NCBI GenBank assembly: GCA_017303395.1
Contig: JAFLBN010000011.1
Coordinates: 16,249 to 80,248 of the forward strand
DNA: 64,000 bases
Source of the DNA: Chitinophagales bacterium
GTDB taxonomy: Bacteria; Bacteroidota; Bacteroidia; Chitinophagales; Chitinophagaceae
Direction: 5' to 3'
Of this stretch, positions 39,662 to 47,070 are shown one piece after another. The position numbers and the translations under genes were made by a program. How positions within the stretch are numbered: position 1 is the stretch's first letter; each line of letters starts with the position of its first letter. The notes under the pieces are model-generated. The model was not told the DNA's origin, searched no databases, and saw only the letters and a list, made by a program, of their open reading frames with translations.

Positions 39662-41305
39662 ATGCCATTAGATACTTCCATAAAGACAGTCCTCATCATC
39701 GGTTCGGGTCCAATTATTATAGGCCAGGCTTGCGAGTTTGACTATTCAGGCTCTCAGGCAGCACGCAGCCTTCGCGAAGAGGGTATTAAGGTGGTGCTTA
39801 TCAATAGCAACCCCGCTACCGTAATGACAGATACCATTGTTGCTGACAAGGTATACCTGCAGCCACTGACGGTTGAAAGCATTGAAAAAATACTGCAGGA
39901 AAACAAAATAGATGCCGTATTGCCAACCATGGGCGGACAAACAGCCTTGAACCTGGCAATGGAAGCTGAAGAAATAGGCCTGTGGGAACAGTATGGTGTC
40001 CGCATGATAGGTGTAGATACCAAAGCCATTGACAAAGCAGAAGACCGTGAAAAATTCCGCCTGTGGATGATTGAAATGGGCATACCTGTAGCACCGGCAA
40101 AAATTGCCAACTCGCTGCTGGAGGGTAAAGAATTTGCACAGGAAATAGGTATTCCGCTGGTTATCCGCCCTTCGTTTACGTTGGGTGGTACAGGTGGCGG
40201 CCTTGTTTTTCATAAAGACGATTTGGATGCGGCACTGGAAAAAGGTCTTACCGCATCGCCAATACACGAGGTACTGGTAGAAAAAGCAGTAATGGGTTGG
40301 AAAGAGTTTGAGTTGGAACTGCTGCGCGACTCTGCTGACAACGTAGCCATCATCTGTACGGTAGAAAACTTTGACCCGATGGGCATCCACACAGGCGATA
40401 GCATTACCGTGGCACCTGCCATGACACTGAGCGATACTGCCTTCCAGCTGATGCGCAACACGGCCATCCGTATGATGCGCGCACTGGGCAATTTTGCTGG
40501 TGGTTGTAACGTACAGTTTGCACTGAACCCTGAAACAGAAGAAATCATCGTAGTAGAGATCAACCCGCGTGTAAGCCGCTCTTCGGCACTGGCTTCAAAA
40601 GCTACGGGTTATCCTATCGCTAAGATTGCCGCTAAGCTGGCAGTTGGCTACAACCTCGATGAACTGAAAAACCAGATTACACAAACTACATCTGCATACT
40701 TCGAGCCTGCGCTTGATTACGTTATCGTAAAGATGCCACGCTGGAACTTTGATAAGTTTAAAGGTGCAGACGATACGCTGGGCTTCCAGATGAAGTCTGT
40801 AGGCGAGGTGATGGCTATCGGCCGCACATTCCCCGAGGCACTGCAAAAAGCTTGTCAGAGTCTGGAGAACAATGCAACAGGTCTTTCTTTCATCAGCGCA
40901 CAACGCATGAAGCCTGAAGAACTGCTGGAATCTATCAAGCGCCCTACATGGGATAGGATTTTCAAAATAAAAGAAGCCATCGCAGCGGGTATATCTATCA
41001 AAACCCTGCGCGAGATAACGCATATAGACCGTTGGTTCCTGTACCAGATACAAGACATTGTAACACTGGAAAACAAACTGAAAGAAATAAAACACCTGGA
41101 AAGCATACCTGCAGACATGCTGCGCGATGCAAAGCAAATGGGCTTCAGCGACGACCAGATAGCAGAATTTGTAAAAGACTGCACGGCCGAAGAGGTGTAC
41201 GAATACCGCAAGAAACTGGGTATCACCCGTGTTTACAAAATGGTAGATACTTGTAGTGCCGAGTTCGAAGCGAAAACACCATACTTCTACAGCACATTCC
41301 TGTAA
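39662..41305 (+). CDS. carB: carbamoyl-phosphate synthase large subunit, N-terminal half only (carboxyphosphate ATP-grasp + oligomerisation domain)
   Basis: From ATG 39662: MPLDTSIKTVLIIGSGPIIIGQACEFDYSGSQA...EINPRVSRSSALASKATGYPIAK...VDTCSAEFEAKTPYFYSTFL, then a stop. The protein ends at the inter-domain linker. The ORF-track 5' extension overlaps the neighbouring lipoprotein gene and is non-homologous. Confidence 0.9.
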   Translation: MPLDTSIKTVLIIGSGPIIIGQACEFDYSGSQAARSLREEGIKVVLINSNPATVMTDTIVADKVYLQPLTVESIEKILQENKIDAVLPTMGGQTALNLAMEAEEIGLWEQYGVRMIGVDTKAIDKAEDREKFRLWMIEMGIPVAPAKIANSLLEGKEFAQEIGIPLVIRPSFTLGGTGGGLVFHKDDLDAALEKGLTASPIHEVLVEKAVMGWKEFELELLRDSADNVAIICTVENFDPMGIHTGDSITVAPAMTLSDTAFQLMRNTAIRMMRALGNFAGGCNVQFALNPETEEIIVVEINPRVSRSSALASKATGYPIAKIAAKLAVGYNLDELKNQITQTTSAYFEPALDYVIVKMPRWNFDKFKGADDTLGFQMKSVGEVMAIGRTFPEALQKACQSLENNATGLSFISAQRMKPEELLESIKRPTWDRIFKIKEAIAAGISIKTLREITHIDRWFLYQIQDIVTLENKLKEIKHLESIPADMLRDAKQMGFSDDQIAEFVKDCTAEEVYEYRKKLGITRVYKMVDTCSAEFEAKTPYFYSTFL

Positions 41306-41330
41306 TAGCTTTTTAGCTGTACGATAATAT

Positions 41331-41358
41331 AAAAGCCCCGATGTTCGGGGCTTTTGTT
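41331..41358 (+). terminator. intrinsic terminator of the carB N-half gene
   Basis: AAAAGCCCCGATGTTCGGGGCTTTTGTT. Confidence 0.85.
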
Positions 41359-41380
41359 ATGTAATACTCTTTAGTATTTC

Positions 41381-41640
41381 GTGAGATTGCTTTGTGCCTC
41401 CTCACTCCAAAGTATCAGGATGTACCACATTGACGTGAGAGAATAGAATTGTTCAGCTTGGCAGCACAGTAGTAATGAAGTAGCATCAAGGTAGCAACCG
41501 ACTTAAAGGGAGTTTTTTAAGTCGGCGGCTTTTCTTTGTTACTTTCTTTTTCCGCAAAAAGAAAGTAAATACTCGCAAAGGGAGATACACAATTGGCAGA
41601 TAGAATGCTTCATCATTTTTCTGCATGCATTATGTGATAG
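41381..41640 (-). repeat. diverged, inverted copy of the ~215-bp intergenic repeat family (copy C)
   Basis: The reverse complement contains GCGAGTATTTACTTTCTTTTTGCGGAAAAAGAAAGTAACAAAGAAAAG followed by the hairpin CCGACTTAAAAAACTCCCTTTAAGTCGG, collinear with 57051-57262 and 63391-63605. Confidence 0.6.
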
Positions 41641-41717
41641 CAAAACAAAAAGCCGTTCATCTATAAGACAAACGGCTTACATTAATAGCCTTTATACTTT
41701 CTACTAACTACTTAATA

Positions 41718-42242
41718 CTACTTCGTATCCGGTTCAAAATCCAGCACAGCAGAGTTCATACAAAAACGCTTGTAGGTAGGTGCAGGGCCGTCATCAAAAA
41801 TATGCCCCAGGTGAGAGTCGCAGCGCCAGCAGTTTACCTCTGTGCGCACCATACCGTGAGAGTTATCTTCTTTATACGTCACACTCTTATCTCCCAACGA
41901 TTCGTAGAAGCTTGGCCATCCGCAGCTGCTTGCAAATTTATTGTCTGACCTGAACAGCGGGTTACCGCAAACAGCACAGTAATACGTGCCTTTAGAATCA
42001 GTATTCCAGTACTTGCCTGTAAAAGCCCATTCAGTTTCCGCTTCGCGGCCAATGGCATATACTTCTTTTGATAGTATTTTTTTCCATTCGGCATTGCTTA
42101 CATTCAGCTTGTTGGTAGCTGTGCGGGAGTAGTAAGGATTGTTTTTATGTTCTTCGCTCATAGCATTGTTTTTTTGTGCGTTGGTGCAACTGCTGCCCAG
42201 CAACAGTGTGCAAAATGTCAGTATCAGATGTAAATATCGCAT
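41718..42242 (-). CDS. msrB: peptide-methionine (R)-S-oxide reductase MsrB with lipoprotein signal peptide
   Basis: SelR core with both CxxC pairs (YYCAVCGNPLF, NCWRCDSHLGHIFDDGP) and CGWPSF. The N-terminus MRYLHLILTFCTLLLGSSC is a lipobox. Confidence 0.88.
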   Translation of the reverse strand: MRYLHLILTFCTLLLGSSCTNAQKNNAMSEEHKNNPYYSRTATNKLNVSNAEWKKILSKEVYAIGREAETEWAFTGKYWNTDSKGTYYCAVCGNPLFRSDNKFASSCGWPSFYESLGDKSVTYKEDNSHGMVRTEVNCWRCDSHLGHIFDDGPAPTYKRFCMNSAVLDFEPDTK

Positions 42243-42420
42243 AGTAATTGATGTGTTAATTCCTGTTTATTAACGATACATGCATACTTGTAGTTTTCTG
42301 GTAAACAGTTAATGTTTTGTAAAGTTCGCACTATTGCAGAATATGGAACCAAATCCGTCATAGACAAAGCTGATAATAATCAGTCTGCACAACATGGGCT
42401 TATCCTACTTTTGTGTTCTT

Positions 42421-43698
42421 ATGCACTTACACTACACCACTGCAGACTATGCAGTAAAACACATACAAAGCAACAGCAGGGTTTTTATACATGGCAGCGC
42501 CGCTACACCACTCACACTTGTTAATGCCATGCTGGCAAGGGCAGGAGAGCTGAATGGCGTAGAGCTGGTAGCCATCAGCACCTTTGGCGATATCCATTGG
42601 AAGCGCCAAGGCGTCAGCGATAGCTTCTATCTCAATTCGCTCTTCGTATCGGCCAACGTACGCGATTGGGTAAACAGTCCCTTCGGCGATTATGTGCCTG
42701 TATTCCTCAGTGAGATACCGCGCCTTTTTAAATCGGGTGTATTACCCATAGATGTGGCACTGATACACGTATCGCCGCCCGATAGCCACGGCTATTGCAC
42801 ACTGGGCACATCTGTAGATGCTGCACTAACCGCTACTAAAACAGCCAAAAAAATCATTGCGCAGGTAAACCCCAACATGCCACGCACACATGGCGAGGGG
42901 CATATACACATCTCAAAGTTCACCGCAGCTATTTGGGATGAATCTCCACTGCCCGAGGTTGACTATGGCAGCAAGGTAGATGATGTTTCTTTGCAGATAG
43001 GCAGAAACGTAGCAGCGCTCATAGAAGATGGCGCTACACTGCAAATGGGTATCGGTACTATTCCCGATGCGGTGCTGCAATCGCTCACCAACCACAAAGA
43101 ACTGGGTGTGCATACAGAGATGTTTTCTGACGGGTTGATACCATTGATAGAAAAAGGCATCATCACGAACGAGCATAAAAAAGTAAGGCGCGGCAATATT
43201 GTAACCACATTCACCATGGGCACACGCAAGGTTTACGACTTTGTGAATGATAACCCCAATGTGGTGTTCATGGATGTTGCATTTGTAAACGATACTGCCG
43301 TCATCCGCAAGAACCCTAAAGTAGCAGCTATCAATAGTGCATTGGAAATAGACCTGACGGGGCAGGTATGCGCAGACTCCATAGGTACGTATCAATATTC
43401 AGGTATTGGCGGGCAAATGGATTTTATGCGTGGTGCTTCCCTTTCTGATGGTGGTAAGCCTATCATTGCACTGCCATCAGTTACAAGTAAGGGTATATCG
43501 CGCATTACCCCATTCCTGAAGGAAGGTGCAGGTGTGGTAACAACACGCGGGCATGTACACTATGTTGTTACAGAATATGGTACGGTAAATCTCTATGGCA
43601 AAAACATGGAGCAACGAGCCAAGCTACTCATCAGTATAGCGCACCCCAACCACAGAGAAGCATTGGAAAAAGCCTTCTACGAAAGGTTTAGAAAATAA
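42421..43698 (+). CDS. acetyl-CoA hydrolase/transferase family protein (4-hydroxybutyrate CoA-transferase-like)
   Basis: About 425 aa. Family blocks TADYAVKHIQSNSRVFIHGSAATP, LQMGIGTIPDAV and GIGGQMDFMRGA. Confidence 0.85.
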   Translation: MHLHYTTADYAVKHIQSNSRVFIHGSAATPLTLVNAMLARAGELNGVELVAISTFGDIHWKRQGVSDSFYLNSLFVSANVRDWVNSPFGDYVPVFLSEIPRLFKSGVLPIDVALIHVSPPDSHGYCTLGTSVDAALTATKTAKKIIAQVNPNMPRTHGEGHIHISKFTAAIWDESPLPEVDYGSKVDDVSLQIGRNVAALIEDGATLQMGIGTIPDAVLQSLTNHKELGVHTEMFSDGLIPLIEKGIITNEHKKVRRGNIVTTFTMGTRKVYDFVNDNPNVVFMDVAFVNDTAVIRKNPKVAAINSALEIDLTGQVCADSIGTYQYSGIGGQMDFMRGASLSDGGKPIIALPSVTSKGISRITPFLKEGAGVVTTRGHVHYVVTEYGTVNLYGKNMEQRAKLLISIAHPNHREALEKAFYERFRK

Positions 43699-43713
43699 AA
43701 AATCAGGAATAAA

Positions 43714-43748
43714 CAAAAGGGCTGCATTTGCAGCCCTTTCTTATTTCT
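43714..43748. terminator. bidirectional intrinsic terminator
   Basis: CAAAAGGGCTGCATTTGCAGCCCTTTCTTATTTC lies between convergent genes. Confidence 0.8.
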
Positions 43749-44489
43749 TTAGTGGTTGAAGTAGAAAACTAGGTTTTCGCCGCATATCTCCATATGGTAA
43801 TCATATCCTTCTAATGCTTTGAAGACAGATTTGGTACAACCTGCTTTCATACGGTCGTGCAACTCTACTAGTAGTACTTTCACTCTTGGCAGCCATTTAG
43901 ATACATCCCCTTCAAACACTTCTTTTTCCGAACCTTCGATATCTATTTTCAGTATATCAATCGTGTCCATACCATGCCTGTTGGCAATCTCATCTATCGA
44001 TATAGCTTTTATGGTATTTTCATTTTCGTAGTTCACCTCTTTGATGGTAAATGCCCATTCGTCAGCACTTACGTTTTCTATCTCAAGGTTCACATTCTTA
44101 TTCCACACACCGTTTTGCTGGCGTTGTATGGTAGGATAGTTTTCTGTGTTCTTTGTAAGCATCGCAAAATTGGCCGAAGATGGTTCAATAGATACAATCT
44201 TCGCATCCGGAAAACGATTTGAAAACCATACTGCAAACATACCTATGTTAGCCCCGCAGTCTATAATAGTTTTCGGCTGAAAATGCAGGTCGAAACTATA
44301 TTCCTTCCAGTAAAAAATCTGGTTGAATACTTTTACATCAGTACTGTCTTTGCGAAAAAACAAAGGTGCTTTGTATCCCTGCAACTGAATACTGAAGATA
44401 CCATCTGCATGGGTCTTCTTCATCAGGTAGCGCGTATCAAGTGGTATAGGCCTTATATAAGGCTTCAGGTATTCTCTAAAAGGTTTCAT
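43749..44489 (-). CDS. FkbM family methyltransferase
   Basis: 246 aa. SAM-binding block IIDCGANIGMF and the overall FkbM-like layout. Confidence 0.65.
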   Translation of the reverse strand: MKPFREYLKPYIRPIPLDTRYLMKKTHADGIFSIQLQGYKAPLFFRKDSTDVKVFNQIFYWKEYSFDLHFQPKTIIDCGANIGMFAVWFSNRFPDAKIVSIEPSSANFAMLTKNTENYPTIQRQQNGVWNKNVNLEIENVSADEWAFTIKEVNYENENTIKAISIDEIANRHGMDTIDILKIDIEGSEKEVFEGDVSKWLPRVKVLLVELHDRMKAGCTKSVFKALEGYDYHMEICGENLVFYFNH

Positions 44490-44512
44490 TCAGCGTAGAT
44501 ATATATCGGCAA

Positions 44513-45796
44513 TCAGATAACCACAATTTCGTGATAATCTTTTGCATCCAGATACTTCTGTGCTAATGTTTGCAATTCTTTAGATGTTATGTTTTTATAA
44601 ATGCCTATGTTGCGATTAAAGTTCTCTATCGTCATACCATTCAGTATCAGCGTACGCCAGCGTTGCAGTATAGAGAACGGGCCATCGAGGTCGCCCAGCA
44701 GATTGCCTAACAGATAGTTTTTTACCAGTAGCAGTTCTTCGTCATCTGCCGGCTCATTGCATATCACATTCATCTCGTGATATATCTCTTTGATGGCAGG
44801 CTCAATCACATCACGCCCTACTTCTGTCTGTATGGTTATTTCGCCACTGTGTGTGTAGGAAGAGAGGCCGCTGTATATACCATAGGTATAGCCTTTCTCT
44901 TCGCGTATATTACTCATCAGCCTCGAGCCGAAGTAACCACCGAATAGCGTGTTCAGCACTACCATCGGTGCAAAGTCTTCGTGGTGACGATTAGGGAACA
45001 AACGCCCTATACGTATAGCGCCCTGTACACCATCCGCATCGTTGGTTATGTGTTGTTTCTTTTCTGCAGACTGTATGATGTCGTATATTTTAACATCATG
45101 GTTAGTAACCGTAACGGCTATTTTGCCAAATACATCATCTACATTCTTCAGCACATCATTACCAAACTTACCTGCCATAAAGATGCGCACACCACCCAGG
45201 TCGAAGTGCTTTTTGTAAAACGCTATAAGGTCTTCACGTGTCAGCCCTTCAATGGTTTCCTTCTTTGTAAATCGTCCGTATGGATGTGTGTCTCCAAACA
45301 GTGCTGCATCTATGCGTTGGTTGGCCACAAAGTCGCAATGACGTAGGCTCACCATCAGGCGTTGCAGGCTGTTTTGTTTGTATATGTCCAGTTCTGTTTG
45401 CGGAAAAATGGCATCTGTCAGTATCTCATACACAATAGGCAGCAGGTTGGGTACATGCTTGGTAAGTGTATGCAGTGTAACCGTGCTGTGGTCATTGCCG
45501 GGGCCTATCTTCAGGCTGGCACCGTAAAACTCCAGTGCTTCATTTATCTGTTGCGATGTGCGTTTGCTTGTGCCGTTTTTCAGCAGCCCTGCCACCGCTT
45601 GCGATGTAGCCTGTTTCTCTTCATACCATATACCTGCGGGGAACACCCAGCTTATCTCTACCACATCCTGCACACCTGCATTCAGCCAATAGAAAGGTAT
45701 GCCATTGCTCAGCTTCTCTTCGTTGATGGCAGGCAATACATAATCAAATTCTACAGCATCGTGTATGGCAGGTGGTGTTGTTCTGTCTAAAGTCAT
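44513..45796 (-). CDS. M16 (pitrilysin/insulinase) family protein, probably the non-catalytic type
   Basis: 427 aa with the M16 two-domain layout. I could not find an HxxEH zinc motif. Confidence 0.65.
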   Translation of the reverse strand: MTLDRTTPPAIHDAVEFDYVLPAINEEKLSNGIPFYWLNAGVQDVVEISWVFPAGIWYEEKQATSQAVAGLLKNGTSKRTSQQINEALEFYGASLKIGPGNDHSTVTLHTLTKHVPNLLPIVYEILTDAIFPQTELDIYKQNSLQRLMVSLRHCDFVANQRIDAALFGDTHPYGRFTKKETIEGLTREDLIAFYKKHFDLGGVRIFMAGKFGNDVLKNVDDVFGKIAVTVTNHDVKIYDIIQSAEKKQHITNDADGVQGAIRIGRLFPNRHHEDFAPMVVLNTLFGGYFGSRLMSNIREEKGYTYGIYSGLSSYTHSGEITIQTEVGRDVIEPAIKEIYHEMNVICNEPADDEELLLVKNYLLGNLLGDLDGPFSILQRWRTLILNGMTIENFNRNIGIYKNITSKELQTLAQKYLDAKDYHEIVVI

Positions 45797-45805
45797 CTTC
45801 AGTAA

Positions 45806-46324
45806 TTAGTCTTTAATAAATAAAGCACGCAGCTCATCAGCATCCTGTGCTTTCATCCTGCCACCCAGTACAAGGCGCAGCTGGCGGCGGCGCAGCGCAC
45901 CGTCATACATTTTTTGTTCTTCTTCTGTTTGCGGCAGTATCTCAGGTACTTTGCGCGGGCGCCCGTTCGGGTCCAGTGCTACGAAGGTAAGGTAGGCCTC
46001 GTTGGTCAGGTACTTGTACTGTGCCGCAAGGTCTTCGCCCCATACTTTCAGGTATACTTCCATCGATGTATTGAAGGCGCGCGTCAGCTTAGCTTCAATC
46101 GTCAGCAGGTTGCCCAGCTTTATCGGGTTGTTGAATGATACATTATCTACCGATGCCGTAACTACCGGACAGTTACAATGCTTTTGTGCTGCAATGGCAG
46201 CAGCAATATCCATCCAGTGCATCAGGCGGCCACCCATCAGGTTGCCCAGTGTATTGGTATCATTTGGCAGTACCAGTTCCGACATGATAACGTGCGTATC
46301 CTGTGGATGTCTTTCCTTTAACAT
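45806..46324 (-). CDS. acyl-CoA thioesterase (hotdog fold, YciA-like)
   Basis: MSELVLPNDTNTLGNLMGGRLMHWMD... is typical of 4HBT/acyl-CoA hydrolases. I chose the start at 46324 because a terminator occupies 46394-46421. Confidence 0.8.
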   Translation of the reverse strand: MLKERHPQDTHVIMSELVLPNDTNTLGNLMGGRLMHWMDIAAAIAAQKHCNCPVVTASVDNVSFNNPIKLGNLLTIEAKLTRAFNTSMEVYLKVWGEDLAAQYKYLTNEAYLTFVALDPNGRPRKVPEILPQTEEEQKMYDGALRRRQLRLVLGGRMKAQDADELRALFIKD

Positions 46325-46393
46325 AAATAGGAATGATTTTAAAAACGGGGTAAAGTTAGCGTAAATGCCGCTGGCATACCCTATATACATATA

Positions 46394-46421
46394 AGAAAAA
46401 AGAGAGGCATTGGCCTCTCTT
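46394..46421 (-). terminator. intrinsic terminator of the YHS-domain gene
   Basis: The minus strand reads AAAGAGAGGCCAATGCCTCTCTTTTTTCTTAT. Confidence 0.8.
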
Positions 46422-46427
46422 TACTTA

Positions 46428-46709
46428 TTACTGTGCTTTTGCAACATATTTCTCAGGGTTCTTATCAAACACACCTTTACAAACATCGCTGCAGAACCAT
46501 GTGGTATCGCCATTGTGTACAAAGTATTCTGTCCACGTGCTGTCTTTCGTCATTTCGCATACAGGGTCCATAGGGCCTGTAGGTGCAGCCGCTTCGGCAC
46601 CTGCAGCGGGTTGTTCTTTCGGCATCTCTATTGTAGTGGTACCTTCCGGTGCATTGCCGCAAGATGCCAGCATCATACCTGCTATTATAATAGAAGCAAA
46701 ACGTTTCAT
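46428..46709 (-). CDS. YHS-domain lipoprotein (putative metal binding)
   Basis: Lipobox MMLASC, and DPVCEMT...WFCSDVCKGVFDKNPEKY resembles a YHS/TRASH metal-binding domain. Confidence 0.6.
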   Translation of the reverse strand: MKRFASIIIAGMMLASCGNAPEGTTTIEMPKEQPAAGAEAAAPTGPMDPVCEMTKDSTWTEYFVHNGDTTWFCSDVCKGVFDKNPEKYVAKAQ

Positions 46710-46732
46710 CTTAAAGAATTTTTGCAAAGGTA

Positions 46733-46942
46733 CTATTTGTTTTTCAGAGCCCTTGCAGGTTTCAGTCTTTGTGTGTTCAGCAAAATACTTACGGTAAGTG
46801 TCAGCACGCCTGCTGCATACAAAACCAATATTGCGCCTCTTGATAGTTCTGTACTTACTGCCTCGCTAAACATGGCAGGAACAAACAATGAAAAGATGGC
46901 CAGCAGTACGCCCAATCCTAAAAACTTAAATGGCTTATCCAT
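46733..46942 (-). CDS. hypothetical small membrane protein (2 TM)
   Basis: 69-aa hydrophobic ORF, 23 nt upstream of the YHS gene on the same strand. Confidence 0.4.
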   Translation of the reverse strand: MDKPFKFLGLGVLLAIFSLFVPAMFSEAVSTELSRGAILVLYAAGVLTLTVSILLNTQRLKPARALKNK

Positions 46943-47035
46943 ATATCTGTATTGAAGAATTAATTTTTATTGAAGTTGAGATATTTCGGCTTACGAAACT
47001 ATCAGTTTTAATTATAGCGATTATAGTATCTGTAA

Positions 47036-47068
47036 TAAAAACGTCGGCTATGTGCCGACGTTTTGAAG
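47036..47068. terminator. bidirectional-looking intrinsic terminator downstream of the TonB-dependent receptor
   Basis: AAAAACGTCGGCTATGTGCCGACGTTTTGAAG. Confidence 0.8.
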
Positions 47069-47070
47069 TA

